Below, piece after piece: positions 50,433-61,026 of a stretch of DNA of 64,000 nucleotides. Position numbers and translations under genes: made by a program. The stretch covers positions 2,859,861-2,923,860 of the forward strand of contig OZ244839.1 of NCBI GenBank assembly GCA_965220825.1, in the 5' to 3' direction. How positions within the stretch are numbered: the first letter of the stretch is position 1; each line of letters begins with the position of its first letter. Source of the stretch: Alphaproteobacteria bacterium (lineage in GTDB: Bacteria; Pseudomonadota; Alphaproteobacteria; UBA828). The notes below the pieces were generated by a model. The model saw only the letters and a program-made list of their open reading frames with translations. It made no database searches and had not been told where the DNA came from.

Positions 50433-51794
50433 ATGCTGAGGCGGCTGAGTGTGCGCAATTTCAAGAGTTGGCCGGCGTTGGACGTCGATTTCGGCCGGAT
50501 CACCGTCCTCTATGGCGAGAATTCATCCGGCAAGTCCGGCCTTGCGCAGTTCCTGCTGATGCTGAAGCAGACCAGGGAGGCCGCCGAAGGGGAGCAGACG
50601 CTCGCCTTGAACGGCCCCTTCGTCCGGCTGGGGGCCGCGCGGGACGTCATTCATGGCCATGACGAAAGCCGGGCGCTCGGATTCGATCTCCGCTTCGCGC
50701 ACGGCTCCGCGTTCCGCATCGACGATCCCTCAGGGGAGGGCGGGCGCCGGATCGCTTCGTCGACCATTCTTTCCGTCGGCGCGGAAGCGGAGGTCTATGA
50801 CGGTGCGTTCCGCTGCCGGGCGCTGACCCATAGCGTCGGCAACGCCCATTTCCGCTTGCAGCGCCAGGGAGCGGCGGACGGGGCTTTCGACCTTGCGGCC
50901 GAGACGCCCGGCTCCGATTTCGCCTTCATCCCGAAGGCCGGGCGGCCCCGGCGGCTCCCCGGCCCGGTCAGCACATACCGCTTCCCCGACGCGGCGCGGA
51001 CACGGTTCCGAAACAGCGGGTTTCTCGCCGATCTCGAAGCCGCGTTCGAGGAGGCGCTGGACAGTCTCTACCACCTCGGTCCGCTGCGGGAGCGCCCCCC
51101 GCGCGACCATCCGTGGGACGGGTCGCGGCCGGCCCATGTGGGGGAGAACGGCGAGCGCACGATCGATGCGATCCTCGCGATGGATGACGCGGGCGAGACG
51201 CAGAACGTAAAACCCAGGGGGCGCCGCCGGCCCGTCTCCCAGCTGGTCGCGCACTGGCTGCGGGAGCTGGGTCTTGCCGAAGAGTTCCGGGTGGTGGAGA
51301 CCGCGCCGGGATCCAACCGCTGGCAGGTGCGGGTGCGGACGCCCGGGAGCGCCGCCGAGGTCGCGCTCTCGGATGTGGGGCTCGGCGTTGCCCATGTGCT
51401 GCCCGTGATCACGCTCCTTCACCAAGTGCCCGAGGGCGCGACCGTCATTCTCGAGCAGCCCGAGCTCCATCTCCACCCGATGGCGCAGTCCGCGCTCGCC
51501 GACGTGATCGTTCATGCGGCGTGCCGTCGCCGGGTGCAGGTCGTCTTCGAGAGCTACTCGGAGCGTCTCCTCGTCCGCCTCCAACGGCGCATCGCCGAGG
51601 GATGGGTCGCAGCGCGGGACGTGGCCCTCTATCACTGCCGCACCGAGAACGGCGCCTCCGCCATCGAGGCGCTGGAGCTCGGCAAGCTCGGCGAACTCCG
51701 CACCTGGCCGACCAATTTCATGGGCGACACCTTCACGGACAGCATGAAAACGGCGGTCGTACGCATGCTTCCCGGGAGACGCGCCGCCGGATGA
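50433..51794 (+). CDS. ABC/OLD-like AAA ATPase with DUF3696-like C-terminus
   Basis: From ATG 50433. MLRRLSVRNFKSW..., Walker A GENSSGKS, LGPLRE, SDVGLGVAHVLPVI, Walker B ILEQPELHLHP, tail WPTNFMGDTF. Confidence 0.75.
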   Translation: MLRRLSVRNFKSWPALDVDFGRITVLYGENSSGKSGLAQFLLMLKQTREAAEGEQTLALNGPFVRLGAARDVIHGHDESRALGFDLRFAHGSAFRIDDPSGEGGRRIASSTILSVGAEAEVYDGAFRCRALTHSVGNAHFRLQRQGAADGAFDLAAETPGSDFAFIPKAGRPRRLPGPVSTYRFPDAARTRFRNSGFLADLEAAFEEALDSLYHLGPLRERPPRDHPWDGSRPAHVGENGERTIDAILAMDDAGETQNVKPRGRRRPVSQLVAHWLRELGLAEEFRVVETAPGSNRWQVRVRTPGSAAEVALSDVGLGVAHVLPVITLLHQVPEGATVILEQPELHLHPMAQSALADVIVHAACRRRVQVVFESYSERLLVRLQRRIAEGWVAARDVALYHCRTENGASAIEALELGKLGELRTWPTNFMGDTFTDSMKTAVVRMLPGRRAAG

Positions 51795-51936
51795 AGCGGC
51801 GGCCCGGAGCCGCCGCCCATCGCCGTGTTCCATCCAACGTTTCGGGGATGCGCTTCTCCCCGACGGCGGTCCCGCTTTTTGGGCCGGGTCGGCACGCGCA
51901 TAATGGGCTTCGTACGTGCACGGAGGAGGCGATGCG

Positions 51937-53379
51937 ATGACCAAGGCGGGAGAGCTTTGCCGCATGGACGCGGCGACGATCGCGGCCAAGGTGCGGAGCG
52001 AGGAAGTGTCGGCCGTGGAGGTCGCCGAGGCGGTCCTCGGCCATATGGAGCGGGTGGAGCCCCATCTGCATGCCTTCTGCACGCCGGCGCCGGACTTCGC
52101 CCGCGCCGCCGCCGCCGCCGTGGACGCGCGCATTGCGACAGGGGAGGACCCGGGCCCGCTTGCCGGCGTGCCGGTCGGTGTGAAGGACCTGGTCTGTACC
52201 CAAGACATGCGCACCGTCTCCGGTTCCGTGGCCTATGAGAACTTCACACCCGAAGAGGACGATATCGTCGTCGAGCGGCTGAAGGCGGCGGGCGCCGTCC
52301 TCCTCGGCAAGACCAACGTTCCCGAGTTCGGCTATAGCGGGGCGAGCCACAACGCCCTCTTCGAAGCGACCCGCAATCCCTGGAACCTGGAGCGCACGCC
52401 GGGCGGCTCAAGCGCGGGCTCGGGCGCGGCGGTGGCCGCCGGGATGGGGCCGCTCGCCATCGGCAGCGACGGCGGCGGGTCTGTGCGCATCCCCGCCTCC
52501 TTCTGCGGGCTCGTGGGCGTCAAGGCCTCCATGGGGCGGGTGCCGCTCTATCCCGGCTGCCGCGACGAGCGCTATCCCGGCGTATCGAGCTGGGAGAGCC
52601 TGGAGCATATCGGCCCCATGACGCGGACCGTCGCCGACGCCGCACGCATGCTCTCGGTCATGGCCGGCCCCGACGACCGGGACCGCCACTCTCTGCCGGC
52701 CGCCGACTTCGACTGGATCGCAAGCGCCGCCGGCGATCTGAAAGGCTGCCGCGTGGCTTACAGCGCGGACTGGGGCTATGCCGCCGTCGACCCCGAGGTG
52801 CGCCGCATCGTGGGCGAGGCCGTCGCCGTCTTCGAGCGCGAACTCGGCTGTATCGTGGAGGAAGCCGACCCCGGCTGGGAGGACCCTTATGGCGCGTTCT
52901 GGGGCCTGGTGGCGCTGGAGACCGACCTCGCAGGCATGCGTGGGCTGGTGGCCGAACACCGGGCGCGGATGACGCCCCATCTGGTGGATTTCCTCGAGCG
53001 GCCGTGGACGGCGGAAGAGCTCACCGGTTCGGTGATGGCGCGGAAGGCCGTGGTCAACAAGATGTGGCGGTTCATGCGCAACTACGACTTCCTGCTGACG
53101 CCGACGCTCGCCTGTCCGCCCTTCGGCCTCTGCGTCCAGGGGCCGGAGATCATCGAGGGCCGTCTGGTCCCGCCCTTCGCCTGGCTGGCCTTTACCTTCC
53201 CCATGAACATGACGGGCCAGCCGGCGGCGAGCGTGCCCGCGGGCTGGACCGGGGACGGGCTCCCCGTCGGCCTGCAGATCGTCGGCCGGCATCTGGACGA
53301 CCCCATGGTGCTGCGTGCCGCCGCCGCCTTCGAAGCCGCACGGCCCTGGGCGGACCGCTGGCCGCCGCTGGTCGCCTGA
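51937..53379 (+). CDS. amidase (amidase-signature family), second paralogue
   Basis: From ATG 51937 (ggaggagg SD). [35 protein letters not shown]. Confidence 0.88.
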   Translation: MTKAGELCRMDAATIAAKVRSEEVSAVEVAEAVLGHMERVEPHLHAFCTPAPDFARAAAAAVDARIATGEDPGPLAGVPVGVKDLVCTQDMRTVSGSVAYENFTPEEDDIVVERLKAAGAVLLGKTNVPEFGYSGASHNALFEATRNPWNLERTPGGSSAGSGAAVAAGMGPLAIGSDGGGSVRIPASFCGLVGVKASMGRVPLYPGCRDERYPGVSSWESLEHIGPMTRTVADAARMLSVMAGPDDRDRHSLPAADFDWIASAAGDLKGCRVAYSADWGYAAVDPEVRRIVGEAVAVFERELGCIVEEADPGWEDPYGAFWGLVALETDLAGMRGLVAEHRARMTPHLVDFLERPWTAEELTGSVMARKAVVNKMWRFMRNYDFLLTPTLACPPFGLCVQGPEIIEGRLVPPFAWLAFTFPMNMTGQPAASVPAGWTGDGLPVGLQIVGRHLDDPMVLRAAAAFEAARPWADRWPPLVA

Positions 53380-53389
53380 GGAGGGTGCG

Positions 53390-53809
53390 TCAGAGCAGGC
53401 CCAGCTCCCGAAGCTCGGCCGCCATCTCGGGCGGGAAGCCGTAATCGCCCGCATCCGCCGTTCCCACGGGGCCGAGGTCGCGCGGCGCATCGGCCGCGTC
53501 CAGATAGCGCCAGCCCTGATGGGGCCGCCGGCGCACCGGGTCGGTCGCGATCAGCTCCCGGTCCAACAGGATCGCGCATTTCACGGTTTTCGAGTCCGCC
53601 GTCTTGTGGCGGTCGAAGCCCAGAATGCGCTGGCGCACGCGGATGCGGTGGCGGATCACCCAATAGAGCGAGCCGCCCGCCAGAATCTCCGCCGCGCGGC
53701 GCGGCGTGAAGCGGGTTACGTGGACCAGGCGTTGGCGCGCCGCCTGCACCGCCTGCAGGTGGGCGGTGCTCTCGATGCCGACCGCGAGCTTCAGCAGATG
53801 AAGCGCCAC
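53390..53809 (-). CDS. DUF1489 family protein
   Basis: 139 aa. MALHLLKLAVGIES...GGSLYWVI... matches the conserved alphaproteobacterial DUF1489 pattern. Confidence 0.65.
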   Translation of the reverse strand: MALHLLKLAVGIESTAHLQAVQAARQRLVHVTRFTPRRAAEILAGGSLYWVIRHRIRVRQRILGFDRHKTADSKTVKCAILLDRELIATDPVRRRPHQGWRYLDAADAPRDLGPVGTADAGDYGFPPEMAAELRELGLL

Positions 53810-53819
53810 GGCGTCGCTC

Positions 53820-54611
53820 TCATTCCGCCTGCCAGCGGGGTTTCCGCTTTTCGAGGAAGGCGGCGGTGCCCTCCCTCCCGTCCTCGGATGCCCGGGCGTC
53901 GGCGATGCGGCGTGCCGTCTCCTCCGCCAGCGCCTGGTCGATGGGCCGGCCGGCGACGGCCGCGATCAGCTCCTTCGCGCGCCGAAGAGCGTCCGGCGAG
54001 CCCTGGAGCAGCATCTCGATCACCCTGGCACCGCGCTCTTCCAGCGCCGGGCCGTCCGCCACGGTCTCGTGCACGAGGCCGATTCGCGCGGCCGTCCGTG
54101 CATCGAAACGTTCGCCGGTCAGGATGTAGCGGCGCGCCTCTGCAGGGCCCATGGCTTCGATCACGTAAGGGCTGATGGCCGCGGGAACAAGGCTGAGGCG
54201 TACCTCGGTCAGCGCGAAGCGGGCGGTCTCGACGGCGATGGCGATGTCGCAGGCGGCGATAAGCCCCATGCCGCCGGCATAGGCCGGCCCCTGGACCAGC
54301 GCGAGCGTGGGCTGGGGCAGGCGGTGGAGCGTGCCGAAAAGTCGCGGCAGCGCACGGGCGTCCGCGAGGTTCTCCTCGGGCGAGAAGTCCGCGGTGCGCC
54401 GCATATGGCCGAGGTCGGCGCCGGCGCAGAAGGACTTGCCCCGCGCCGCCAGAACCACCACCCGCACGGTCCGATCTCCGGCGAGCCGCGCGAAGGCCTC
54501 CGTCAGCCGGGCGATGACGGCGTCGTCGAAGGCGTTGTGCTTCTCCGGGCGGTTGAGCGTCACGGTCGCCACCGCCCCGTCTTGGGCGACAAGTACGGGT
54601 GCCTCGTTCAT
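53820..54611 (-). CDS. enoyl-CoA hydratase (methylglutaconyl-CoA hydratase-like)
   Basis: 263 aa crotonase fold. LNRPEKHNAF and FCAGADL motifs. Directly downstream of the carboxyltransferase subunit. Confidence 0.8.
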   Translation of the reverse strand: MNEAPVLVAQDGAVATVTLNRPEKHNAFDDAVIARLTEAFARLAGDRTVRVVVLAARGKSFCAGADLGHMRRTADFSPEENLADARALPRLFGTLHRLPQPTLALVQGPAYAGGMGLIAACDIAIAVETARFALTEVRLSLVPAAISPYVIEAMGPAEARRYILTGERFDARTAARIGLVHETVADGPALEERGARVIEMLLQGSPDALRRAKELIAAVAGRPIDQALAEETARRIADARASEDGREGTAAFLEKRKPRWQAE

Positions 54612-54628
54612 CGCGCCGGCCCCCCGCG

Positions 54629-56233
54629 CTACATCCGGAAGACGCCGAAACGCGTGGGCGCCGCCAGGCTCGCGGCTGCGAGGGCGAGCGCCCGCGCCAG
54701 AACGGTCCTCGTCTCCAGCGGGTCGATGACTCCGTCATGCCAGAGCCGCGCCGCGGCGTAGTAGGGATGGCCCTGTTCCTCGTAGCGGGCGAGGACCGGC
54801 GCCTTGAAGGCGGCTTCCTCCTCCTCGGTCCAGCTCTTGCCCTCCGCCTCCAGCGCATCGCGGCGGACGCGGGCGAGCACGCTCGCGGCCTGGGCGCCGC
54901 CCATCACGGAGATTCGTGCGTTCGGCCACATCCAGAGGAAGCGCGGCCCGTAAGCGCGCCCGCACATGCCGTAATTGCCGGCGCCGAAGCTGCCGCCGAC
55001 GATGACCGTGAGCTTCGGAACGCCGGCGCAGGAGACCGCCGTCACCAGCTTGGCGCCGTCCTTCGCGATCCCGCCATGCTCGTAGCGCTTGCCGACCATG
55101 AAGCCCACGATGTTCTGGAGAAAGAGCAGCGGAATGCCGCGCTGGCAGCAGAGTTCGATGAAGTGTGTGCCCTTGAGGGCGGATTCGGAGAAGAGAATGC
55201 CGTTGTTGGCGAGGATGCCGACGAGATGGCCGTCGATCCGCGCAAAGCCCGTCACCAGTGTGGGCCCGAAGCGGGGTTTGAACTCTTCGAACGCGCTCTC
55301 GTCCACGATGCGCGCGACGAGCTCCCGCGCCGGGATCGGTTTGCGGAGTGAAGGCGGCACGATGCCGTAGAGTTCCGCCGCGTCGAAGGCGGGCTCCCGA
55401 GGAGGCGCGTCCCGCGCCGGTGCGGGCTGCCGCCCCAGCCGGGCGACGATGGCCCGGGCGCGCCGCAGGGCGTCGGCATCGTCCGCGGCCATATGGTCGG
55501 CGACGCCGGAGATGCGGGTATGGACGTCGGCGCCGCCGAGGGTCTCGGCGTCGACCACTTCGCCGGTCGCGGCCTTCACCAGCGGCGGGCCGCCGAGAAA
55601 GATGGTGCCCTGATTGCGGACGATGATCGTCTCGTCCGACATCGCCGGAACATAGGCGCCGCCGGCCGTGCAGGAGCCCATCACGACGGCGATCTGGGGA
55701 ATGCCCTTCGCGGACATGCGCGCCTGGTTGTAGAAGATGCGGCCGAAATGCTCCCGGTCGGGGAAGACCTCGTCCTGATAGGGAAGGTTCGCACCGCCGG
55801 AATCCACGAGATAGACGCAGGGGAGGGCGTTCTCCTCGGCGATCTCCTGGGCCCGCAGATGCTTCTTCACGGTCATGGGGTAGTAGGTGCCGCCCTTGAC
55901 CGTCGCGTCGTTGACGATGACGACGCAATCACGCCCCTCGATACGGGCGATGCCGGTGATGAGCCCGGCGCCGGGGACCTCCTCGCCATAGAGCCCGTCG
56001 GCGGCGAGCGGCGATAGCTCGAGGAACGCGCAGTCGGCGTCGGCGAGCGCCGCAAGCCGCTCCCGCGGCAGCATCTTGCCCCGCGCGCGGTGTTTCTCCC
56101 GCGCCCGCTCGGGCCCGCCCTCGCGCATGCGGGCACGCCGCGCATGGAGGTCGTCCACCAGCGCCCGCATGGCGGCGTCGTTCGTCTTGAAGTCCTCCGA
56201 GGCCGGATCGACCGCGGACCGCAGCGTATCCAT
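54629..56233 (-). CDS. methylcrotonoyl-CoA carboxylase beta (carboxyltransferase) subunit
   Basis: 534 aa. [55 protein letters not shown]. Confidence 0.88.
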   Translation of the reverse strand: MDTLRSAVDPASEDFKTNDAAMRALVDDLHARRARMREGGPERAREKHRARGKMLPRERLAALADADCAFLELSPLAADGLYGEEVPGAGLITGIARIEGRDCVVIVNDATVKGGTYYPMTVKKHLRAQEIAEENALPCVYLVDSGGANLPYQDEVFPDREHFGRIFYNQARMSAKGIPQIAVVMGSCTAGGAYVPAMSDETIIVRNQGTIFLGGPPLVKAATGEVVDAETLGGADVHTRISGVADHMAADDADALRRARAIVARLGRQPAPARDAPPREPAFDAAELYGIVPPSLRKPIPARELVARIVDESAFEEFKPRFGPTLVTGFARIDGHLVGILANNGILFSESALKGTHFIELCCQRGIPLLFLQNIVGFMVGKRYEHGGIAKDGAKLVTAVSCAGVPKLTVIVGGSFGAGNYGMCGRAYGPRFLWMWPNARISVMGGAQAASVLARVRRDALEAEGKSWTEEEEAAFKAPVLARYEEQGHPYYAAARLWHDGVIDPLETRTVLARALALAAASLAAPTRFGVFRM

Positions 56234-56332
56234 GCGCTTCCCTTCCCACGCTCCGACAACCTACATTGCCCCGTCCCGGATGCAACGCCGCGCCTGCTAT
56301 GCTGCGGGCGCCCCGGAGCAAGGAGCGCCGCC

Positions 56333-57316
56333 ATGCCATTGCCGACCCGTGCCGAGTTCGAGGAAGCCGCCGCGTTCGTCCACACGGTCCTGCCGCCGAC
56401 GCCGCAAATCCCCTGGCCGCTTCTGGCGAAGCGCACCGGCGCGGACGTCTGGGTAAAGCATGAGAACCACACGCCCGTGGGCTCTTTCAAGCTGCGCGGG
56501 GGCCTGGTCTTCATGGACGATGTGCGCAAGCACGGGCAGGTTCGGGGCGTGATCGGGGCGACCCGCGGCAATCACGGCCAGAGCCTTGCCTTTTCCGCCT
56601 CCCGCCTCGGCCTGTCCGCGACGGTGGTGGTGCCGGAGGGCAATGCGCGCGGCAAGAACGCCGCCATGCAGGCGTTCGGCGGGCGGCTCGTGGTCCACGG
56701 TGCGGATTTCGAGGCCGCGTTCGACCGTGCCCGGGCGCTGGCGGCGGACGAGGGCCTCGCCATGGTGCCCTCCTTCGACATGCGCCTGGTGCGCGGCGTC
56801 GGCAGCTACGCACTGGAACTCTTCACCGCCGTGCCGGATCTGGATGCGGTCTATGTGCCCATCGGGCTCGGCTCGGGAATCTGCGGGTTGATGGGGGTGC
56901 GCGATGCGCTCGGGCTCAAGGCTGAGATCGTGGGTGTCGTGGCGGAAGGCGCCGATTGCTATTCGCGGAGCTTCGAGGCGCGACGCCCGGTTTCCACCGA
57001 CCGTTCGATGACCGAGGTGGGGGACGGCATTGCCACGCGGGTCCCCTCGCCCGAGGCGTTCGAGGCGATTCTCGCGGGCTGCGCCCGGGTGGTGACCGTC
57101 TCCGACGACGAGATGCTCGACGCCATGGCCGCCTACCATGACGATACCCACAATCTCGCCGAGGGTGCCGGTGCGGCGCCGCTGGCCGCGCTGCTCAAGG
57201 AGCGGGCGCGTATGGCGGGCAAGAGGGTGGGCGTGATCCTTTCCGGCTGCAATGTTGATCCGGCGGTCTACGCCCGGGCGCTCGAGCGGAGCGAGAGCCG
57301 CGCGCGCGCGGCGTGA
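56333..57316 (+). CDS. PLP-dependent threonine/serine dehydratase family enzyme
   Basis: From ATG 56333. KHENHTPVGSFKLRGG (PLP lysine), GATRGNHGQS, GLGSGICG. Confidence 0.82.
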   Translation: MPLPTRAEFEEAAAFVHTVLPPTPQIPWPLLAKRTGADVWVKHENHTPVGSFKLRGGLVFMDDVRKHGQVRGVIGATRGNHGQSLAFSASRLGLSATVVVPEGNARGKNAAMQAFGGRLVVHGADFEAAFDRARALAADEGLAMVPSFDMRLVRGVGSYALELFTAVPDLDAVYVPIGLGSGICGLMGVRDALGLKAEIVGVVAEGADCYSRSFEARRPVSTDRSMTEVGDGIATRVPSPEAFEAILAGCARVVTVSDDEMLDAMAAYHDDTHNLAEGAGAAPLAALLKERARMAGKRVGVILSGCNVDPAVYARALERSESRARAA

Positions 57317-57329
57317 GGGCGCGCGCGGC

Positions 57330-57929
57330 CTACCAGCCGCCGGTTGCGAGCCAGCGGTCCACCTGATCGAGGCGATCGCTGCCCCAGAACATTTCGCCGT
57401 CCACGAATATGGTGGGCGAGCCGAAGACGCCGCGATCCAGCGCCGCGTCGTTCTCCGCACGCAGGCGGTCCTTGACGGCCGGGTCGCCGAGCGCCGCGGC
57501 GAGTTCGTCGCCGTCCACGCCGAGGCCGGCGGCGGCGGCGATCACCGTCTCCGGCTGGCTTACGTTCCGGTTGTCCGCGAAATAGCCGCGATAGAGAGAC
57601 TTCGCGAGTGCCCGCGCCTGCTCCGGGTCGCGATCCGCGAGCCAGTAGAAGGCGCGGCAGGCGGCGACGCTGTTCACCGGGAAGGGGTCGGGGACGGCGA
57701 AGGTCACGTCGTGGAGGCGCGCCGAACGCAGCATGTCGTGGCGCGAATAGGGCCCTTTCATGGGGTGGTCCACCAGCGGACCGCCGCCCGCCTTCTGGAA
57801 CACCGCGCCGAGCAGGAAGGGCCGCCAGGTGACGGCGCACCCGTGGCGCTCGGCGATGCCGTCGATCCGTTCGGCCGCGATATAGCCGTAGGGCGAGGAG
57901 AAATCGAAGTAGAAGTCGAGCTCGGCCAT
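57330..57929 (-). CDS. 2-hydroxychromene-2-carboxylate isomerase family (DsbA-like) protein
   Basis: From ATG 57929 (ggaggaac SD). LDFYFDFSSPYGY..., GVFGSPTIFVDGEMFWGSDRL. Confidence 0.82.
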   Translation of the reverse strand: MAELDFYFDFSSPYGYIAAERIDGIAERHGCAVTWRPFLLGAVFQKAGGGPLVDHPMKGPYSRHDMLRSARLHDVTFAVPDPFPVNSVAACRAFYWLADRDPEQARALAKSLYRGYFADNRNVSQPETVIAAAAGLGVDGDELAAALGDPAVKDRLRAENDAALDRGVFGSPTIFVDGEMFWGSDRLDQVDRWLATGGW

Positions 57930-57958
57930 GGTTCCTCCGCCGCCGCGCCTCGCGGCCT

Positions 57959-59110
57959 CTATGTCCGGGCGAGCGCCCGGCCGATCACGATACGCTGCAC
58001 GTCGCTCGTGCCTTCGTAGATCGTGCAAACCCGCTGGTCGCGGTAAATGCGCTCCACGGGGAAATCGCTGAGATAGCCATATCCGCCCAGCGTCTGGATG
58101 GCGCGAGAGCAGACGCGCTCCGCCGTCTCCGACGCAAAGAGCTTGGCCATGGAGGCTTCCTTGATACAGGGCTCCCCCGCATCCCGGAGCCGCGCGGCGT
58201 TGAGCGTCATGAGCCGCGCGGCTTCGATCTCCGTCGCCATGTCGGCGAGGCGGAAGGCGACCGCCTGGTGCTCGATGAGCGGCTTGCCGAAGCTCTTGCG
58301 TTCCTTGGCGTAGTCGAGCGCCGTTTCGAAGGCTGCGCGCATGGCGCCGGTGGCCTGGGCCGCCACGCCGATCCGCCCGCCCTCCAGATTGCCGAGCGCG
58401 ATCGCGTAGCCTTGGCCGGGCTCTCCCAGCATGAGGTCGGGCGTTATCCGCAGGTCCTCGAAAACGATCTGGCAGGTGTCGTGCGCGCGCTGGCCCATCT
58501 TTATCTCGTGGCTCGCGACCCGGTAGCCCTCCGAGTCCGTCGGCACGATGAAGCAGCTGATGCCCTTCTTCCCGGCTTCCGGGTCGGTCACGGCGAAGAC
58601 CAGCGCGACATCCGCCTTGGAGCCGCTGGTGATGAACTGCTTGGTGCCGCTGAGCCTGTAGGCGTTGCCGTCCCGCACCGCGCGGGTGCGCAGCGCGGCG
58701 GCGTCCGAGCCCGCCTGGGGCTCGGTGAGGCAGAAGCAGCCCAGCATGTCGCCGCGGGCGAGCGGCTTCAGGAAGCGCTCCTTCTGATCCGCGGAGCCCG
58801 CCGACAGAATGCCCGCGCAGACGAGCGAGTTGTTCACGCTCATGGCCGTAGAGGTGCCCACATCGCCCGCCGCGATCTCTTCCATGGCAAGGGCGTAGGA
58901 GACGTGGTCGGCGCCGGCGCCGTCATAGTCGGGCGGCACCAGCATGCCCATCAGGCCGAGTTCCCCCATCTGGGGGAGGATATCGTCCGGGAAGCCGCCA
59001 TGGAGGTCCCACGCGCCCGCATGGGGCGCAAGCCGGTCGGCGGCGAAATCCCGCGCCATGTCGCGAACCATCCGCTGTTCTTCGCTGAGGAGCACGCCGT
59101 CGGCGGTCAT
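57959..59110 (-). CDS. acyl-CoA dehydrogenase (short/branched-chain type)
   Basis: 383 aa. [32 protein letters not shown]. Confidence 0.88.
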   Translation of the reverse strand: MTADGVLLSEEQRMVRDMARDFAADRLAPHAGAWDLHGGFPDDILPQMGELGLMGMLVPPDYDGAGADHVSYALAMEEIAAGDVGTSTAMSVNNSLVCAGILSAGSADQKERFLKPLARGDMLGCFCLTEPQAGSDAAALRTRAVRDGNAYRLSGTKQFITSGSKADVALVFAVTDPEAGKKGISCFIVPTDSEGYRVASHEIKMGQRAHDTCQIVFEDLRITPDLMLGEPGQGYAIALGNLEGGRIGVAAQATGAMRAAFETALDYAKERKSFGKPLIEHQAVAFRLADMATEIEAARLMTLNAARLRDAGEPCIKEASMAKLFASETAERVCSRAIQTLGGYGYLSDFPVERIYRDQRVCTIYEGTSDVQRIVIGRALART

Positions 59111-59120
59111 GAGCCCTACC

Positions 59121-59720
59121 CTACAGGAGTTCGAAATGCGCTTCCTGCGGAATGCAGTCCACGCCGTTTATGGGGAGGATGTCCTGCGGGCAGCACGAGA
59201 AGGCGACGACGGCATCCATCTCGGCGCGGAGCACGACATGGTCTCCCGGGCGAGAAACCGGTGCCTCGAACCGCACCGAGCCGTCGGCGCCCACGGGGAT
59301 GTTCATCCACATGTTCCATGGTGCGGGGGTCTTGGCCGACCGAAGCCCGAGCCCGGCCAGCGCCTCGTGAAGATTGTCGGCGCAGTTGTCGTGATCGGGC
59401 ACACCGAGGAGCTCGTAGCGGTAGCGGTCGCAGGCGGCGATCAGGGTGTCGTGGATGCCGGGGGAGCTGTCCTCCACCAGGGTCAGGATGGGGCGCCGCT
59501 TGCCCGTGACCATGGTGTCGCCGGGCTTGGGAAATATGCCGCCGATCGCGACCCGGGAATGCTCCATGGACATGCATTCGGCCATGTCGTCGGCATTGAA
59601 GGCCCACGTATCCACGACCTGGGTGCCGAGGGTATTGACGAGCCGCACCGCCTCTCCCGCGCCGAGGCGCAGCGCGCGGCCCTCGCGGGCGGGGATCGTG
59701 GTGCGCTGCCCTCGGTTCAA
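59121..59720 (-). CDS. DUF1989 domain protein (urea-carboxylase-associated family)
   Basis: C-terminal 200 aa of ORF 59121..60638. [12 protein letters not shown]..., [42 protein letters not shown]. The only candidate start is TTG 59720, overlapping the thiolase stop (TTGA). Confidence 0.65.
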   Translation of the reverse strand: MNRGQRTTIPAREGRALRLGAGEAVRLVNTLGTQVVDTWAFNADDMAECMSMEHSRVAIGGIFPKPGDTMVTGKRRPILTLVEDSSPGIHDTLIAACDRYRYELLGVPDHDNCADNLHEALAGLGLRSAKTPAPWNMWMNIPVGADGSVRFEAPVSRPGDHVVLRAEMDAVVAFSCCPQDILPINGVDCIPQEAHFELL

Positions 59721-60904
59721 TGCAAGCGCTCCACGGCCATCGCCGTGGCTTCGCCGCCCCCGATGCAAAGCGCGGCGACGCCTTTCTCCAGACCGTACTT
59801 CTCCAGAGCCGCCAGCAGGGTGACGAGGATTCGCGCGCCCGACGCCCCCACCGGGTGGCCGAGTGCGCAGGCGCCGCCATGGACGTTCACCCTCTCGTGG
59901 GGGATGTCGCAATCCCGCATGGCGGCCATGGTCACGACGGCGAAGGCCTCGTTGATCTCGAAAAGGTCCACGTCGTCTATCGCCCACCCCGCCTTGTCCA
60001 GGACCTTGCCGATGGCGGGTGCCGGCGCGGTGGTGAACCAGGCGGGCGCCTGGGCGTGGGTCGCATGGCCGCGGATAACGGCGATCGGCGTGCAGCCGCG
60101 TTTCTCGGCCTCCGAGAGGCGCATGAGAATGAGCGCGGCGCCGCCGTCCGAGATCGAACTGGAGTTGGCGGCGGTGACGGAGCCGTCTTTCGCGAATGCG
60201 GGGCGGAGCGTCGGGATCTTTTCCAGGTTCGCCTTCAGCGGCTGCTCGTCGCGGGAGACTGTGGTCTCGCCCTTGCGGCCCTTGATCGTTACGGGCGCGA
60301 CCTCCTTGTCGAAGGAGCCGTCCTCGATGGCGGTCTTGGCGCGTTCGAGCGAGGTGACGGCGAAACCGTCCTGCTGTTCGCGGGTGAACTGGTACTTGCG
60401 CGCGGTCTCCTCGGCGAAATGGCCCATCAGCTTGCCCTTGTCGTAGGCATCCTCGAGGCCGTCGAGGAACATGTGGTCCGAAACCGTGCCGTGCCCCATG
60501 CGGTAGCCCGCCCGCGCGCGGTCCAGCAGATAGGGCGCGTTCGTCATGCTTTCCATGCCGCCCGCGACAACGACCGCGCCCGAGCCTGCGGAGATCAGGT
60601 CGTGCGCGAGCATGGCGGCCTTCATGCCGGAGCCGCACATCTTGTTAATGGTCGTACAGCCCACATGCTCCGGCACGCCCGCGCCCATGGAGGCCTGGCG
60701 CGCGGGCGCCTGCCCCTGGCCGGCGGAGAGGATGTTGCCCATGATGACCTCGTCGACCGCATCGCCTTCGAGGCCTGCGCGCTCCAGTGCCGCCCCGATG
60801 GCGACCGCACCGAGCTCGGGCGCCCGCGCGCCTCCGAGATCGCCCTGAAATCCGCCCATGGGCGTGCGCGCCATCCCGACGATGGCTATGGAATCCCCGT
60901 TCAT
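59717..60904 (-). CDS. acetyl-CoA C-acetyltransferase (thiolase II)
   Basis: 395 aa. TINKMCGSGMKA (active-site Cys), NVHGGACALGHPVGASGARIL, CIGGGEA. Confidence 0.92.
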   Translation of the reverse strand: MNGDSIAIVGMARTPMGGFQGDLGGARAPELGAVAIGAALERAGLEGDAVDEVIMGNILSAGQGQAPARQASMGAGVPEHVGCTTINKMCGSGMKAAMLAHDLISAGSGAVVVAGGMESMTNAPYLLDRARAGYRMGHGTVSDHMFLDGLEDAYDKGKLMGHFAEETARKYQFTREQQDGFAVTSLERAKTAIEDGSFDKEVAPVTIKGRKGETTVSRDEQPLKANLEKIPTLRPAFAKDGSVTAANSSSISDGGAALILMRLSEAEKRGCTPIAVIRGHATHAQAPAWFTTAPAPAIGKVLDKAGWAIDDVDLFEINEAFAVVTMAAMRDCDIPHERVNVHGGACALGHPVGASGARILVTLLAALEKYGLEKGVAALCIGGGEATAMAVERLH

Positions 60905-61026
60905 GGTCCGGTTTCCCCTGCTGCGAAGCGCCGTGCCGTCATTCCCCTACATAGCGCTTGGCCTGGCGAATATCCACCTGCCATGCGGCCCGCCTTCCGT
61001 TCATCGATCGCGGGTAGGCGGGCGGC

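Noticed and set aside
48449-51936. Integrated prophage or integrative element
   Set aside because: No integrase, tRNA attachment site, direct repeats or phage structural genes. Only an IS scar and two NTPase genes.
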